A DNA stretch of 64,000 bases from an uncultured delta proteobacterium (GTDB taxonomy: Bacteria > Myxococcota_A > Polyangia > Polyangiales > JAFGIB01), in NCBI GenBank assembly GCA_963778655.1, contig CAVZVA010000005.1:736001-800000 (forward strand), written 5' to 3'. The notes under the pieces are model-generated. The model saw only the letters and a list, made by a program, of their open reading frames with translations, was not told the origin of the DNA and ran no database searches. The position numbers and the translations under genes are program-made. This document shows positions 49,719-58,023 of this stretch, one piece after another. Positions within the stretch are counted from its first letter, which is position 1; the number at the start of each line of letters is the position of its first letter.

Positions 49719-50405
49719 CTACGCAACCAGCCGTCCTGCCTCCAGCCGCATCACCCGCGCCCCCAACGCCGCCGCGAACGCCGCGTCGTGCGTGACCGTC
49801 AGCACCGCCAGCCCTTCGCCGATCAACCCCCGCAGCAAGTCGGCCAGCGCCTGTCCGCGCTCCGGATCGAGCGCGCTGGTCGGCTCGTCCAGCAGCAGGA
49901 TCTCCGGCTCCATCGCCAGCGCGCGCGCGATCGCCACCCGCTGCTGCTCACCGCCCGAGAGCTCGCGCGGATACGCCGCCGCGCGGTGCCCCACGCCCAC
50001 CTTCTCCAGCAGCGCCAGCGCGCGCGCGCGCGCCGCCTCCGCCGCCTCGCGCTTCACGTAGAGCGGCCCTTCGGTGACGTTCTGCAGCACCGAGCGATGC
50101 GAGAACAGGTGGCAGCCCTGAAACACGAAGCCCACGCGCAAGCGCAGCGCGCGGATCGCGGCATGCAGCGCCGCGGGCGGCTGGCCCGCGACGATCTCGG
50201 TCGTGCCCACCACCACGCAGCCGCGGTCCGCCAGCTCCAGCCCGTCCAGACAGCGGATGAAAGTGGTCTTGCCCGCGCCCGACGGCCCCATCAGCGCCAG
50301 CGCCTCGCCTGCGTACAGCTGCAGCGACACGTCCTCGAAGATGCGGCGGCCGCCGAACGCCTTCGACAGCCCCAGCGTCTGCAGGGCCGCGCGTTCGCCC
50401 GCCAT
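49719..50405 (-). CDS. Polar amino-acid ABC transporter ATP-binding protein
   Basis: GPSGAGKTT, GFVFQ, LSGGEQQRVAIARALAMEP, LLLDEPTSALDP, VTHD; real start at 50405 inside the longer track ORF. Confidence 0.93.
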   Translation of the reverse strand: MAGERAALQTLGLSKAFGGRRIFEDVSLQLYAGEALALMGPSGAGKTTFIRCLDGLELADRGCVVVGTTEIVAGQPPAALHAAIRALRLRVGFVFQGCHLFSHRSVLQNVTEGPLYVKREAAEAARARALALLEKVGVGHRAAAYPRELSGGEQQRVAIARALAMEPEILLLDEPTSALDPERGQALADLLRGLIGEGLAVLTVTHDAAFAAALGARVMRLEAGRLVA

Positions 50406-51880
50406 CACCCGCCTCCCAAACGCGCCTCGAGCCGGCGCGCCAGCCGCGACAGCGGATAGCTCATCGCGAAGTAGAGCAGCGCGCACAGCGCGCCGGGCAG
50501 CAGCCAGCTGCGCCCGTCCACCGCCGCGATCGTCATGCGCTTGGTCAGCTCCACCACCGTGATCACCGACACCAGCGAGCTGTCTTTGAGCAGCGCGATG
50601 AAGTCGTTGGCCACGCCCGGCAGCGAAAAGCGCACCGCCTGGGGCAGAATCACCCGACGCAGCGTCATCGCGCCTGACATCCCGAGCGCGTGCGCGGCCT
50701 CGATCTCGCCGCGCGGCACGGCCTGAATGCCGGCGCGGTAGATCTCCGCCTCGTAGGCCGCGTAGTTGAGCCCCAGCCCGAGAATCGCCGCGCTCAGCGC
50801 GCCCAGCGCGGCCAGGCTCGCCAGGCCGTAGTAGATCACGTAGAGCTGCAGCAGCACCGGTGTGCCGCGGAACACCTCCACGTAGGCGCTCGCCGCGACC
50901 GAAAGCAGGCGCCGGCAGCGGAACGGGGAGGGCAGGCGCGCGAGCGCGAGCAGCAGCCCCAAGACCACGGCCAGCGCCATGGCCGCGGTCGAGATCACGA
51001 TCGTCACTCCCGCGGCCTGCACGAACAGCAGCAGGTGGTGCGGAGAGAGGTCCCAGCCTGCGCGCAGCGGCGCGGCTGCGGCGCTCGCGGCCGTGCCGGG
51101 GTCGCGGCGGCTGTCGTCGAGCCGCCAGCGCGCCAGGATCGCGTGCAGCTCGCCGTTGTGCTGGATGCGCCCGAGCGCCGCATCGACCGCGTCGCGCAGC
51201 GCAGGCTCGTCGCGGCGCACCCCGATCGCGTAGCTGCCGAGCGCCACGTCCCCCACCGCGTGCAGCCCCGGCCGCTGGCCGTAGCGATCCACGATGATGT
51301 CGTCGAGCAGCACCGCGTCGGTGCGCCGGTCGGCGAGGTCCGAGAACGGCTCGGAGTCGCCTTCGTACGGAACCCGCACCGCGCCGGTCGGTCCGAGCAG
51401 ATCCCATGCCAGCGAGCTGGCCAGCGTGCCCACGCGCAACCCGCGCAGCGAGCCGAGGTCCTTGATGCGCGGGTCGCCGACTCGCGCCACCAGGCGTTCG
51501 GCAAACACGTAGTACGGGCGGGTGAACGCGATGCGCCGCTTGCGTGCCGGCGTCAGCTCCAGCCCGTTGAGCGCAATGTCGAAGGTTCCGCGCTCGAGCG
51601 ACGGCACCAGCGTGCTCCAGTCGTTCTGCACCAGCTGCGGGCGCACGCCCAGCTCGCGCGCGAGCGCCCGCGCGATCTCGACCTCGAAGCCGACAATCTG
51701 GCCGGAATGCTTGGGATCCTCGAACAGGTAAGGCTCGCCGCCCTGCAGGTCGGCGCCCCAGCGCAACACCCCCGCCTTCCGCACGCGCGCCAGCCCGCCA
51801 CCGCCGTGACCCGACGCGCAGCCCCCCGCCACCAATGCGGCCAGCAGCACACCCGCCCAGCTCGCGCGCGCGCCCTTCAC
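50405..51880 (-). CDS. Amino-acid ABC transporter fused substrate-binding/permease protein
   Basis: Lipobox AGGC; SBP family 3 GFEVEIA..FTRPYY; permease YVEVFRGTPVLLQL, AYEAEIYRAGI, EAAHALGM, LLKDSSL. Confidence 0.92.
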   Translation of the reverse strand: MKGARASWAGVLLAALVAGGCASGHGGGGLARVRKAGVLRWGADLQGGEPYLFEDPKHSGQIVGFEVEIARALARELGVRPQLVQNDWSTLVPSLERGTFDIALNGLELTPARKRRIAFTRPYYVFAERLVARVGDPRIKDLGSLRGLRVGTLASSLAWDLLGPTGAVRVPYEGDSEPFSDLADRRTDAVLLDDIIVDRYGQRPGLHAVGDVALGSYAIGVRRDEPALRDAVDAALGRIQHNGELHAILARWRLDDSRRDPGTAASAAAAPLRAGWDLSPHHLLLFVQAAGVTIVISTAAMALAVVLGLLLALARLPSPFRCRRLLSVAASAYVEVFRGTPVLLQLYVIYYGLASLAALGALSAAILGLGLNYAAYEAEIYRAGIQAVPRGEIEAAHALGMSGAMTLRRVILPQAVRFSLPGVANDFIALLKDSSLVSVITVVELTKRMTIAAVDGRSWLLPGALCALLYFAMSYPLSRLARRLEARLGGG

Positions 51881-51928
51881 GGCCCCGCAGGCTACACCGG
51901 ATCGGGCCGCCGCAGCAGCGCCCGGTCC

Positions 51929-53470
51929 TCAGTCGCCGCCGGCAGGAGTGCTCGGAGGCGCTGGGCGCGGCGCGGGCGCACCGCTGGGAAGGGTGTGCAT
52001 CACGCTGTGCTTGCGCCCGTAGCCGAAGTAGATGGCCAAGCCGATCAGCAGCCAGATCAGCAGTCGCCACCAGTTCTCCGAGGGCAGCGAGAACATCAGC
52101 AGGCCGCAGGTGAGGATGCCGGCGATCGGCACGAAGGGCACCGCCGGGCAGCGGAACGGGCGCTCGAGGTCGGGGTGGCTCTTGCGCAGGATCAGCACCG
52201 CCGCGCACACGATCACGAACGCCAGCAAGGTGCCGATGTTGACCAGCTCGGCCAGGATGCGCAGCGGCAGAAAGCCGCCCAGCAGCGCCACGAACGCGCC
52301 GGTCAGCATGGTCGACTTCCAGGGTGTGCGAAAGCGCTCGTGCACGGCGCCGAAAAACTCTCGCGGCACCAGCCCGTCGCGCGCCATCGCCAGCATCACG
52401 CGTGGCTGGCTGAGCATCAGCACCAGCAACACCGAGGTGATGCCGGCCAGCGCACCCACCGAGATCAGCATCTGCGCCCATGGCATGCCCACCGCGGCGA
52501 AGGCGCTGGGCACCGGCGCGTCGATGTCGATCTGAGAGTAGGGCACCATCCCGGTGATCACGGCCGAAACCAAGATGTAGAGCACGGTGCAGAGCACCAG
52601 CGAGGAGATGATCCCGATCGGCACGTCGCGGCTCGGGTTCTTCGCCTCTTCGGCGTGGGTCGAAACCGAATCGAAACCGATGTACGCGAAGAAAATAGTG
52701 GCGGCCCCGGCCACCATGCCGAGCGGCTCGCCGCCCTTGCCGGTCTGCCCGAAGAGCGTGTGGCCGAACATTGAGATGCCGGTGTAGCCGAAGGGCGCGA
52801 ACGGATGCCAGTTGGCGGGGTTGATGTGCATCGCGCCCACGACGATCACGAACAGCACGATCAGCAGCTTGATGATCACGATCGCGGTGTTGAAGCCCGC
52901 GCTCTCACGGATGCCCTTGACCAGCACCACGGTGACCACGCCCGCGATCAGCACCGCAGGCAGATCCAGCACGCCGGCGGTGCCGATCAGCCGGCCCAGG
53001 GTGGGGTCGTAGTCGAAGGGCGCGGTGCTGAGCGCCGCGGGCAGGTGCATGCCGAGCTGGCCGATCAGGTTCTGAAAGTAGTGCGACCAGCCGTGCGCGA
53101 CAGTCGCCGAGCCCACCGCATACTCGAGGATCAAGTCCCAGCCGATGATCCACGCGAACAGCTCGCCGAGCGTGGCGTAGGCGTAGGTGTAGGCCGAGCC
53201 GGCGACCGGAACCATGGCCGCGAACTCCGCGTAGCACATCGCCGCAAACACGCAGGCGGTGCCAGCGAGCACGAACGAGAGCACCAGGGCGGGACCGGCC
53301 TTGTCGTGGGCCGCCACGCCGGTCAGCACGAAGATACCGGTGCCGATGATCGCTCCGATGCCCAGGCTCGAAAGCGCGACCGGACCCAGCACGCGTCGCA
53401 GGCGGTTCTCGCCCGCCATTTCCTCGAGGATCAGCGCGATCGGCTTGCGGGCGAACAAGGGGTTGGGCAT
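51929..53470 (-). CDS. APC-family amino acid permease
   Basis: GIGAIIGTGIFV, CYAEFAAMVPVAGSAYTY, FFAYIGFD..AEEAKNP, MARDGL, NIGTL. Confidence 0.95.
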   Translation of the reverse strand: MPNPLFARKPIALILEEMAGENRLRRVLGPVALSSLGIGAIIGTGIFVLTGVAAHDKAGPALVLSFVLAGTACVFAAMCYAEFAAMVPVAGSAYTYAYATLGELFAWIIGWDLILEYAVGSATVAHGWSHYFQNLIGQLGMHLPAALSTAPFDYDPTLGRLIGTAGVLDLPAVLIAGVVTVVLVKGIRESAGFNTAIVIIKLLIVLFVIVVGAMHINPANWHPFAPFGYTGISMFGHTLFGQTGKGGEPLGMVAGAATIFFAYIGFDSVSTHAEEAKNPSRDVPIGIISSLVLCTVLYILVSAVITGMVPYSQIDIDAPVPSAFAAVGMPWAQMLISVGALAGITSVLLVLMLSQPRVMLAMARDGLVPREFFGAVHERFRTPWKSTMLTGAFVALLGGFLPLRILAELVNIGTLLAFVIVCAAVLILRKSHPDLERPFRCPAVPFVPIAGILTCGLLMFSLPSENWWRLLIWLLIGLAIYFGYGRKHSVMHTLPSGAPAPRPAPPSTPAGGD

Positions 53471-53539
53471 CGCCCGCCACGTTAGGGGACCTGCCCGCGC
53501 AAAGGCAAGGGCCTCAGGCAGCCTGCCGGTCGAGACCGA

Positions 53540-56317
53540 TCAGAGCTTGCGCGCGCGCAGTCGCGCCAGCGCGGCTTGCAGCCGCTCGCGGGCGGCGCCC
53601 AGATCGCGCTTTCGGGTGCGCTCCTGCTCGACCAAGGCGGCGGGGGCGCGCGCCAGGAACTCGGGGTTGGCCAGCTTGCGCTCGACCGCGGCTAGATCCT
53701 TCTCGATCTTCTTGAGCTCGCGTTCCAGGCGCTCGACTTCCTTGACCGGATCGACCAGGTCCGCCAGCGGCACGATCAGGGTGACCCCTTCGGCGACCGC
53801 GATCGCGCTGTCCGCGGCAGCGTCGTCCGCCAGCCCGGCGGCCTCGACCCGCACCTGCGCGTTGCACAGCGCCTCGATCGCAGCCCGCTCCCGCTCCAGC
53901 AGCGCGCTTGCGTCCGCGTCCTGTGAACGCAACGTGAGCGGCAGCGGCAGCCGCGGGTGCACGTCGTGCTCGGCGCGGATGCTGCGCGCCGCCACCACCA
54001 CCGCCTGCAGCCGCGCCATCTCGCGCTCGACCTCGGGCGCAGCGCAGCCGTCGACCTCGGCCTGCGGGTAGCGCGCGATCATGATGCTCTTGGGCGCGCC
54101 CTCGCCCTTGGGCAGGCGCTGCCAGATCTCCTCGGTGATAAACGGCATCATCGGGTGCAAGGCGCGCAGCGCGCTCTCCAGCACGTGCGCCAGCACGGCG
54201 CGAGTCTCGGCCACGCATGTCGCATCGCTCGAGCCGAGCAGCGGCTTGGACAGCTCGAGGTACCAGTCGCACAGCTCGTTCCACACGAAGCGGTAGAGCG
54301 CCGCGCCGGCGTCGTCGAGACGGTACTGGTCGATGCCCTGGCGCGCGGCATCGATCGCCGCGGCCAGACGCGACAGCACCCAGCGGTTGGCGAAGCGCGT
54401 GGCGTCCGGCCGCGCCAGCCCCGCCTGCACGTCGCTGCCCTGCAGCCCGATCAGCGCGTAGCGCGCCGCGTTCCACAGCTTGTTGCAGAAGTTGCGGTAG
54501 CCCTCGACGCGCTTGAGCGAGAGCGCGATCTTGGTGGTCTGCGGCGAGTAGCTCAGCAGCGTGTAGCGCAGCGCGTCCGCGCCGTAGGCGGGGAAGCCCT
54601 CGGGATAGGTCTTGCGCAGGTACTCGATGCCGCTCTTGGCGGCGCCGGCCCTCTCGGCCTTGGCCAGCAGCTGGTCCTGGGTCGCGCCGTAGACCACGTC
54701 GAGCGGATCGATCACGTTGCCCTTGACCTTGCTCATCTTCTGGCCGTGCTCGTCGGTCACCATCCCCGACAGCAGCACGCGCGAAAACGGCGCCTGGCCG
54801 GTGAAGTGCAGGCCCATCATCATCATGCGCGCCACCCAGAAGAACAGGATGTCGGAGCCGGTCTCCATGTCGTCGGTGGGGTAGAAACGGCGCAGGTCGG
54901 GCGTGTCGTCGGGCCAGCCCAGCGTGGAGAACGGCCACAGCGCGGAGCTGAACCAGGTGTCGAGCACGTCTGGATCGGGGCTGAGCGGGCTCTTGCCGCA
55001 CTGCGCGCAGCGCTCCGGCAGGCTGCGCGCGACGTTGATGTGCCCGTTCTCGCAGTATGCGGCCGGGATCGGGTGGCCCCACCACAGCTGTCGCGAGATG
55101 CACCAGTCCTGGATGTTGCGCATCCAGTGGAAGTAGGTCTTGGTCCAGTGGTCGGGGATGATGCGCGTGCGCTCGCGCTCGACCGCTTCGATCGCGGGCG
55201 CCGCAAGCGGCTCCATCTTGCAGAACCACTGGGTCGAGATCATCGGCTCGACGATCGAGTTGCAGCGCTGGCAGCGCGGTTTGTTGATCGCGTGGGCCTT
55301 GCTGCCGCGGGCCAGCCCCAGCTCCTGCAGGCGCTGCTTGACCGCGGCCCGCGCCTTGAAGCGATCCATGCCCGAGAACGGCCCCCCCTCCTGGTTCAGC
55401 GTGCCGTCGAGGTTGAGGATATTGATCTGCTGCAGCCCGTGGCGCTTACCGGTCTGGAAGTCGTTCGGATCGTGGGCGGGCGTGACCTTGACCGCGCCGG
55501 TGCCGAACGCCATGTCCACCAGCTGTGCGTCGCCGATGATCGGCACGCGCCGCGACACCAGCGGGTGCAGCGCGTGCTTGCCGATCAGCGCCTTGTAGCG
55601 CGGGTCCTCGGGGTGCACGGCGATCGCAGTGTCGCCCAGCATCGTCTCCGGACGCGTGGTCGACACCACGATCTCGCCGCCACCCTCGACCGGATAGGCG
55701 AAGTCGAATAGCTCGCCCTGCGCGCCCTCCTCGTTCTCGACCTCCAGGTCGGAGAGCGCGGTGCTGCACTGCACACACCAGGAGATCAGCCGCGTGTCGC
55801 GGTAGATCAGTCCCTCCTCGTACAGCCGCACGAAGCTCTCGGTGACCGCGCGCGAGAGCGCGGGCTCGAGCGTGAAACGCTCGCGCGTCCAGTCGCAGGA
55901 GGCGCCCAGCACGCGCAGCTGCTGCATGATGCGGCCGCCCGATTCCGCCTTCCAGCGCCACACCCGCTCGACGAAGGCCTCCCGCCCGATCTGGTGGCGG
56001 CTCAGCCCCTCGCGCGCGAGCTGCCGCTCCACCACCACCTGGGTCGAGATGCCCGCGTGATCCACGCCCGGCACCCACAGCGTGTTGCGCCCCAGCATGC
56101 GGTGATAGCGGATCAGCAGGTCCTCGAAGGTCACGCGGCAGGCGTGGCCGACGTGCAGCGAGCCGGTCACGTTCGGCGGCGGGATGGCGATGGTGTAGGT
56201 GGGCCGCGCGTCGGCCGGGTCACTGCTCGCAGTGAAAAGGCCTTCGGCCTCCCAGAACGCGTACCAGCGGCCCTCGCTCTGGCGCGGGTCGTAGGCTTTG
56301 GGCATTTCCTGGCTCAT
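53540..56317 (-). CDS. valS: Valine--tRNA ligase
   Basis: PPPNVTGSLHVGHA, DWCISRQLWWGH, DVLDTWFSSALWPF, KMSKVKGN, C-terminal coiled-coil arm. Confidence 0.98.
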   Translation of the reverse strand: MSQEMPKAYDPRQSEGRWYAFWEAEGLFTASSDPADARPTYTIAIPPPNVTGSLHVGHACRVTFEDLLIRYHRMLGRNTLWVPGVDHAGISTQVVVERQLAREGLSRHQIGREAFVERVWRWKAESGGRIMQQLRVLGASCDWTRERFTLEPALSRAVTESFVRLYEEGLIYRDTRLISWCVQCSTALSDLEVENEEGAQGELFDFAYPVEGGGEIVVSTTRPETMLGDTAIAVHPEDPRYKALIGKHALHPLVSRRVPIIGDAQLVDMAFGTGAVKVTPAHDPNDFQTGKRHGLQQINILNLDGTLNQEGGPFSGMDRFKARAAVKQRLQELGLARGSKAHAINKPRCQRCNSIVEPMISTQWFCKMEPLAAPAIEAVERERTRIIPDHWTKTYFHWMRNIQDWCISRQLWWGHPIPAAYCENGHINVARSLPERCAQCGKSPLSPDPDVLDTWFSSALWPFSTLGWPDDTPDLRRFYPTDDMETGSDILFFWVARMMMMGLHFTGQAPFSRVLLSGMVTDEHGQKMSKVKGNVIDPLDVVYGATQDQLLAKAERAGAAKSGIEYLRKTYPEGFPAYGADALRYTLLSYSPQTTKIALSLKRVEGYRNFCNKLWNAARYALIGLQGSDVQAGLARPDATRFANRWVLSRLAAAIDAARQGIDQYRLDDAGAALYRFVWNELCDWYLELSKPLLGSSDATCVAETRAVLAHVLESALRALHPMMPFITEEIWQRLPKGEGAPKSIMIARYPQAEVDGCAAPEVEREMARLQAVVVAARSIRAEHDVHPRLPLPLTLRSQDADASALLERERAAIEALCNAQVRVEAAGLADDAAADSAIAVAEGVTLIVPLADLVDPVKEVERLERELKKIEKDLAAVERKLANPEFLARAPAALVEQERTRKRDLGAARERLQAALARLRARKL

Positions 56318-56442
56318 GCGCTGCTCGCTCAACGGGGCTGGCCGGCGCCACGCGCGCGCGGGGCCCGGATCCGGCAGGTTGTGCCGCATTTGGGCGGACC
56401 GGACAAGGCAGCGATTTTCGGCCGCCCGGGCGCGCGCCGCGG

Positions 56443-57168
56443 CTATTGGGTCAAGCGGCGGATCTCCTCGCGGATCAGGGTTTCCGCGAGGTCAGGCACG
56501 ACTTCCCACACCACCTTCTCGATCACGTCGCGCGAGAGCGCGAGCACGCCCTGGATCTGCTCGGCGTTGAGCCCGAGCGCGTCGAGCTTGCGCGCCATGT
56601 CAGCCCCGCTCGCCATGGTGGCCGCCGCCGCGGGGCGCGGCGCTGCGGGACGCGCAGCAGCCGGCGCGGTGACCACCGGCGGAGGCACGGCGGCGCCGGG
56701 CGTTGGGGCAGGGCGCTCGAAGGCGATCGTGCCGGTGCGCGCGGCACGCTGCGGCTGCGCCATGGGCGGGGCCGGCGCCGCCTTGGCGGCCGCTGCTGCA
56801 CGCGGCTGCGCCATCACGCGCTTGACCTTGTCGATGACGTGCTGGGTGTCGAACGGCTTGACCACGTGGTCGTCGACCCCTGCAGCCTTGCCTTTGACCT
56901 CGTCGTAGGGGTGCTTCTGGCTCGCCAGCACGATCACGGCGGTGCGCTCGAGCCCGGGCGTCGCGCGGATGGCACTGGCGACCCGGTAGCCGTCGGTGCT
57001 CATCGAGGCGTCGGCAAACACGATGTCGGGGGCCAGCTCCGCGGCCTTGGCGATCGCGGCGTCGCCGCTGTCGACGGCCACCACGGCGGCATCCTCACCG
57101 GCGAAGGTGAGCTCCATGATGCGACGCATGGTCACGCTGTCGTCCGCAACCAGGATGTTCACAGGCAC
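56443..57168 (-). CDS. romR: RomR-like polarity response regulator
   Basis: MPVNILVADDSVTMRR receiver, Pro/Ala linker, C-terminal SRDVIEKVVWEVVPDLAETLIREEIRRL; GAGGAGG RBS; directly upstream of valS as I recall for Myxococcus. Confidence 0.85.
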   Translation of the reverse strand: MPVNILVADDSVTMRRIMELTFAGEDAAVVAVDSGDAAIAKAAELAPDIVFADASMSTDGYRVASAIRATPGLERTAVIVLASQKHPYDEVKGKAAGVDDHVVKPFDTQHVIDKVKRVMAQPRAAAAAKAAPAPPMAQPQRAARTGTIAFERPAPTPGAAVPPPVVTAPAAARPAAPRPAAAATMASGADMARKLDALGLNAEQIQGVLALSRDVIEKVVWEVVPDLAETLIREEIRRLTQ

Positions 57169-57333
57169 CGGGGCCTCCTCGCGCGTCCGCTGCTCGCGTC
57201 CGCTCCACTGCGATTGTTCGAAGCAAAAAATGGATACGCCAAGGCGGACCGCTGGGTCAAGGATTCCGCGCACCTACACCAGACCGCCAGCACGCGGGCG
57301 GGGCCGGTTTGACGGCGCCCCCGGCGGTGCTCT

Positions 57334-57996
57334 ATGTCCGCGCGCATGTCGCAGCCGCAGCCCGAAGAGCCGCCCCGCGAACGCGCCGCACGCATCGCGC
57401 GGCGTTACCGGGAGCTGGCGCCGCGAGCCCCCGAGCAAGGTTTCGACCTGCTCGAGATTTTTCCGTCAACCAGTGAAATTGAAATGGAAATCGGGTTTGG
57501 TCGCGGTCTATTTCTGATCCAGCGTGCGGCGGCCGCGCCGGGCTCGGCGCTGCTGGGTCTGGAGATCAAGCGCAAGCTGGCCTACCGCGTGGCGCGGCGC
57601 TGCGAGCGGCTCGGGCTGAGTCATGTCCGGGTGATGGCCGGCGACGTGCGCGCGGTGCTGCCCGGGGTGCGGCCCGATCGCGCGCTCGCTCGCGTGTTCA
57701 TCAGTTTTCCCGATCCGTGGTGGAAGAAGCGGCACGCCAAGCGCAGGTTGATCGGCGACGAGTTGATCGAGCAGCTCGCTCGCCTGTTGCGTCCCGGCGG
57801 GGAGCTGTTCATCCAGACCGACGTCGAGGAGCGCGCCGACGAGAGCCTGGACGAGCTGGCCGCGCATCCGGCCTTCGAGCTTCCCGGCGGCGGGCGGATC
57901 GCCGACAACCCCTACGGGGCGCGCTCCAATCGCGAGCAGCGCGCACTGCAGGACGGGTTGCCGATCTACCGCATCCTCGCCCTGCGCCGGCCTTAG
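57334..57996 (+). CDS. trmB: tRNA (guanine-N7)-methyltransferase
   Basis: EIGFGRG, GLE, FPDPWWKKRHAKRRL, GGELFIQTD; start could be 57346. Confidence 0.93.
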   Translation: MSARMSQPQPEEPPRERAARIARRYRELAPRAPEQGFDLLEIFPSTSEIEMEIGFGRGLFLIQRAAAAPGSALLGLEIKRKLAYRVARRCERLGLSHVRVMAGDVRAVLPGVRPDRALARVFISFPDPWWKKRHAKRRLIGDELIEQLARLLRPGGELFIQTDVEERADESLDELAAHPAFELPGGGRIADNPYGARSNREQRALQDGLPIYRILALRRP

Positions 57997-58023
57997 GCAC
58001 CGGAAACAGCCCGGTCCCGGCGC

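Noticed and set aside
49719..52481. 920-aa ORF apparently fusing a long N-terminus to an ABC ATPase
   Set aside because: Only 49719-50405 is protein-like. The rest is an alternative frame over the SBP-permease and APC permease genes.
56318..56442. T-box or other leader upstream of valS
   Set aside because: The gap is only ~125 bp, with no T-box consensus or terminator.
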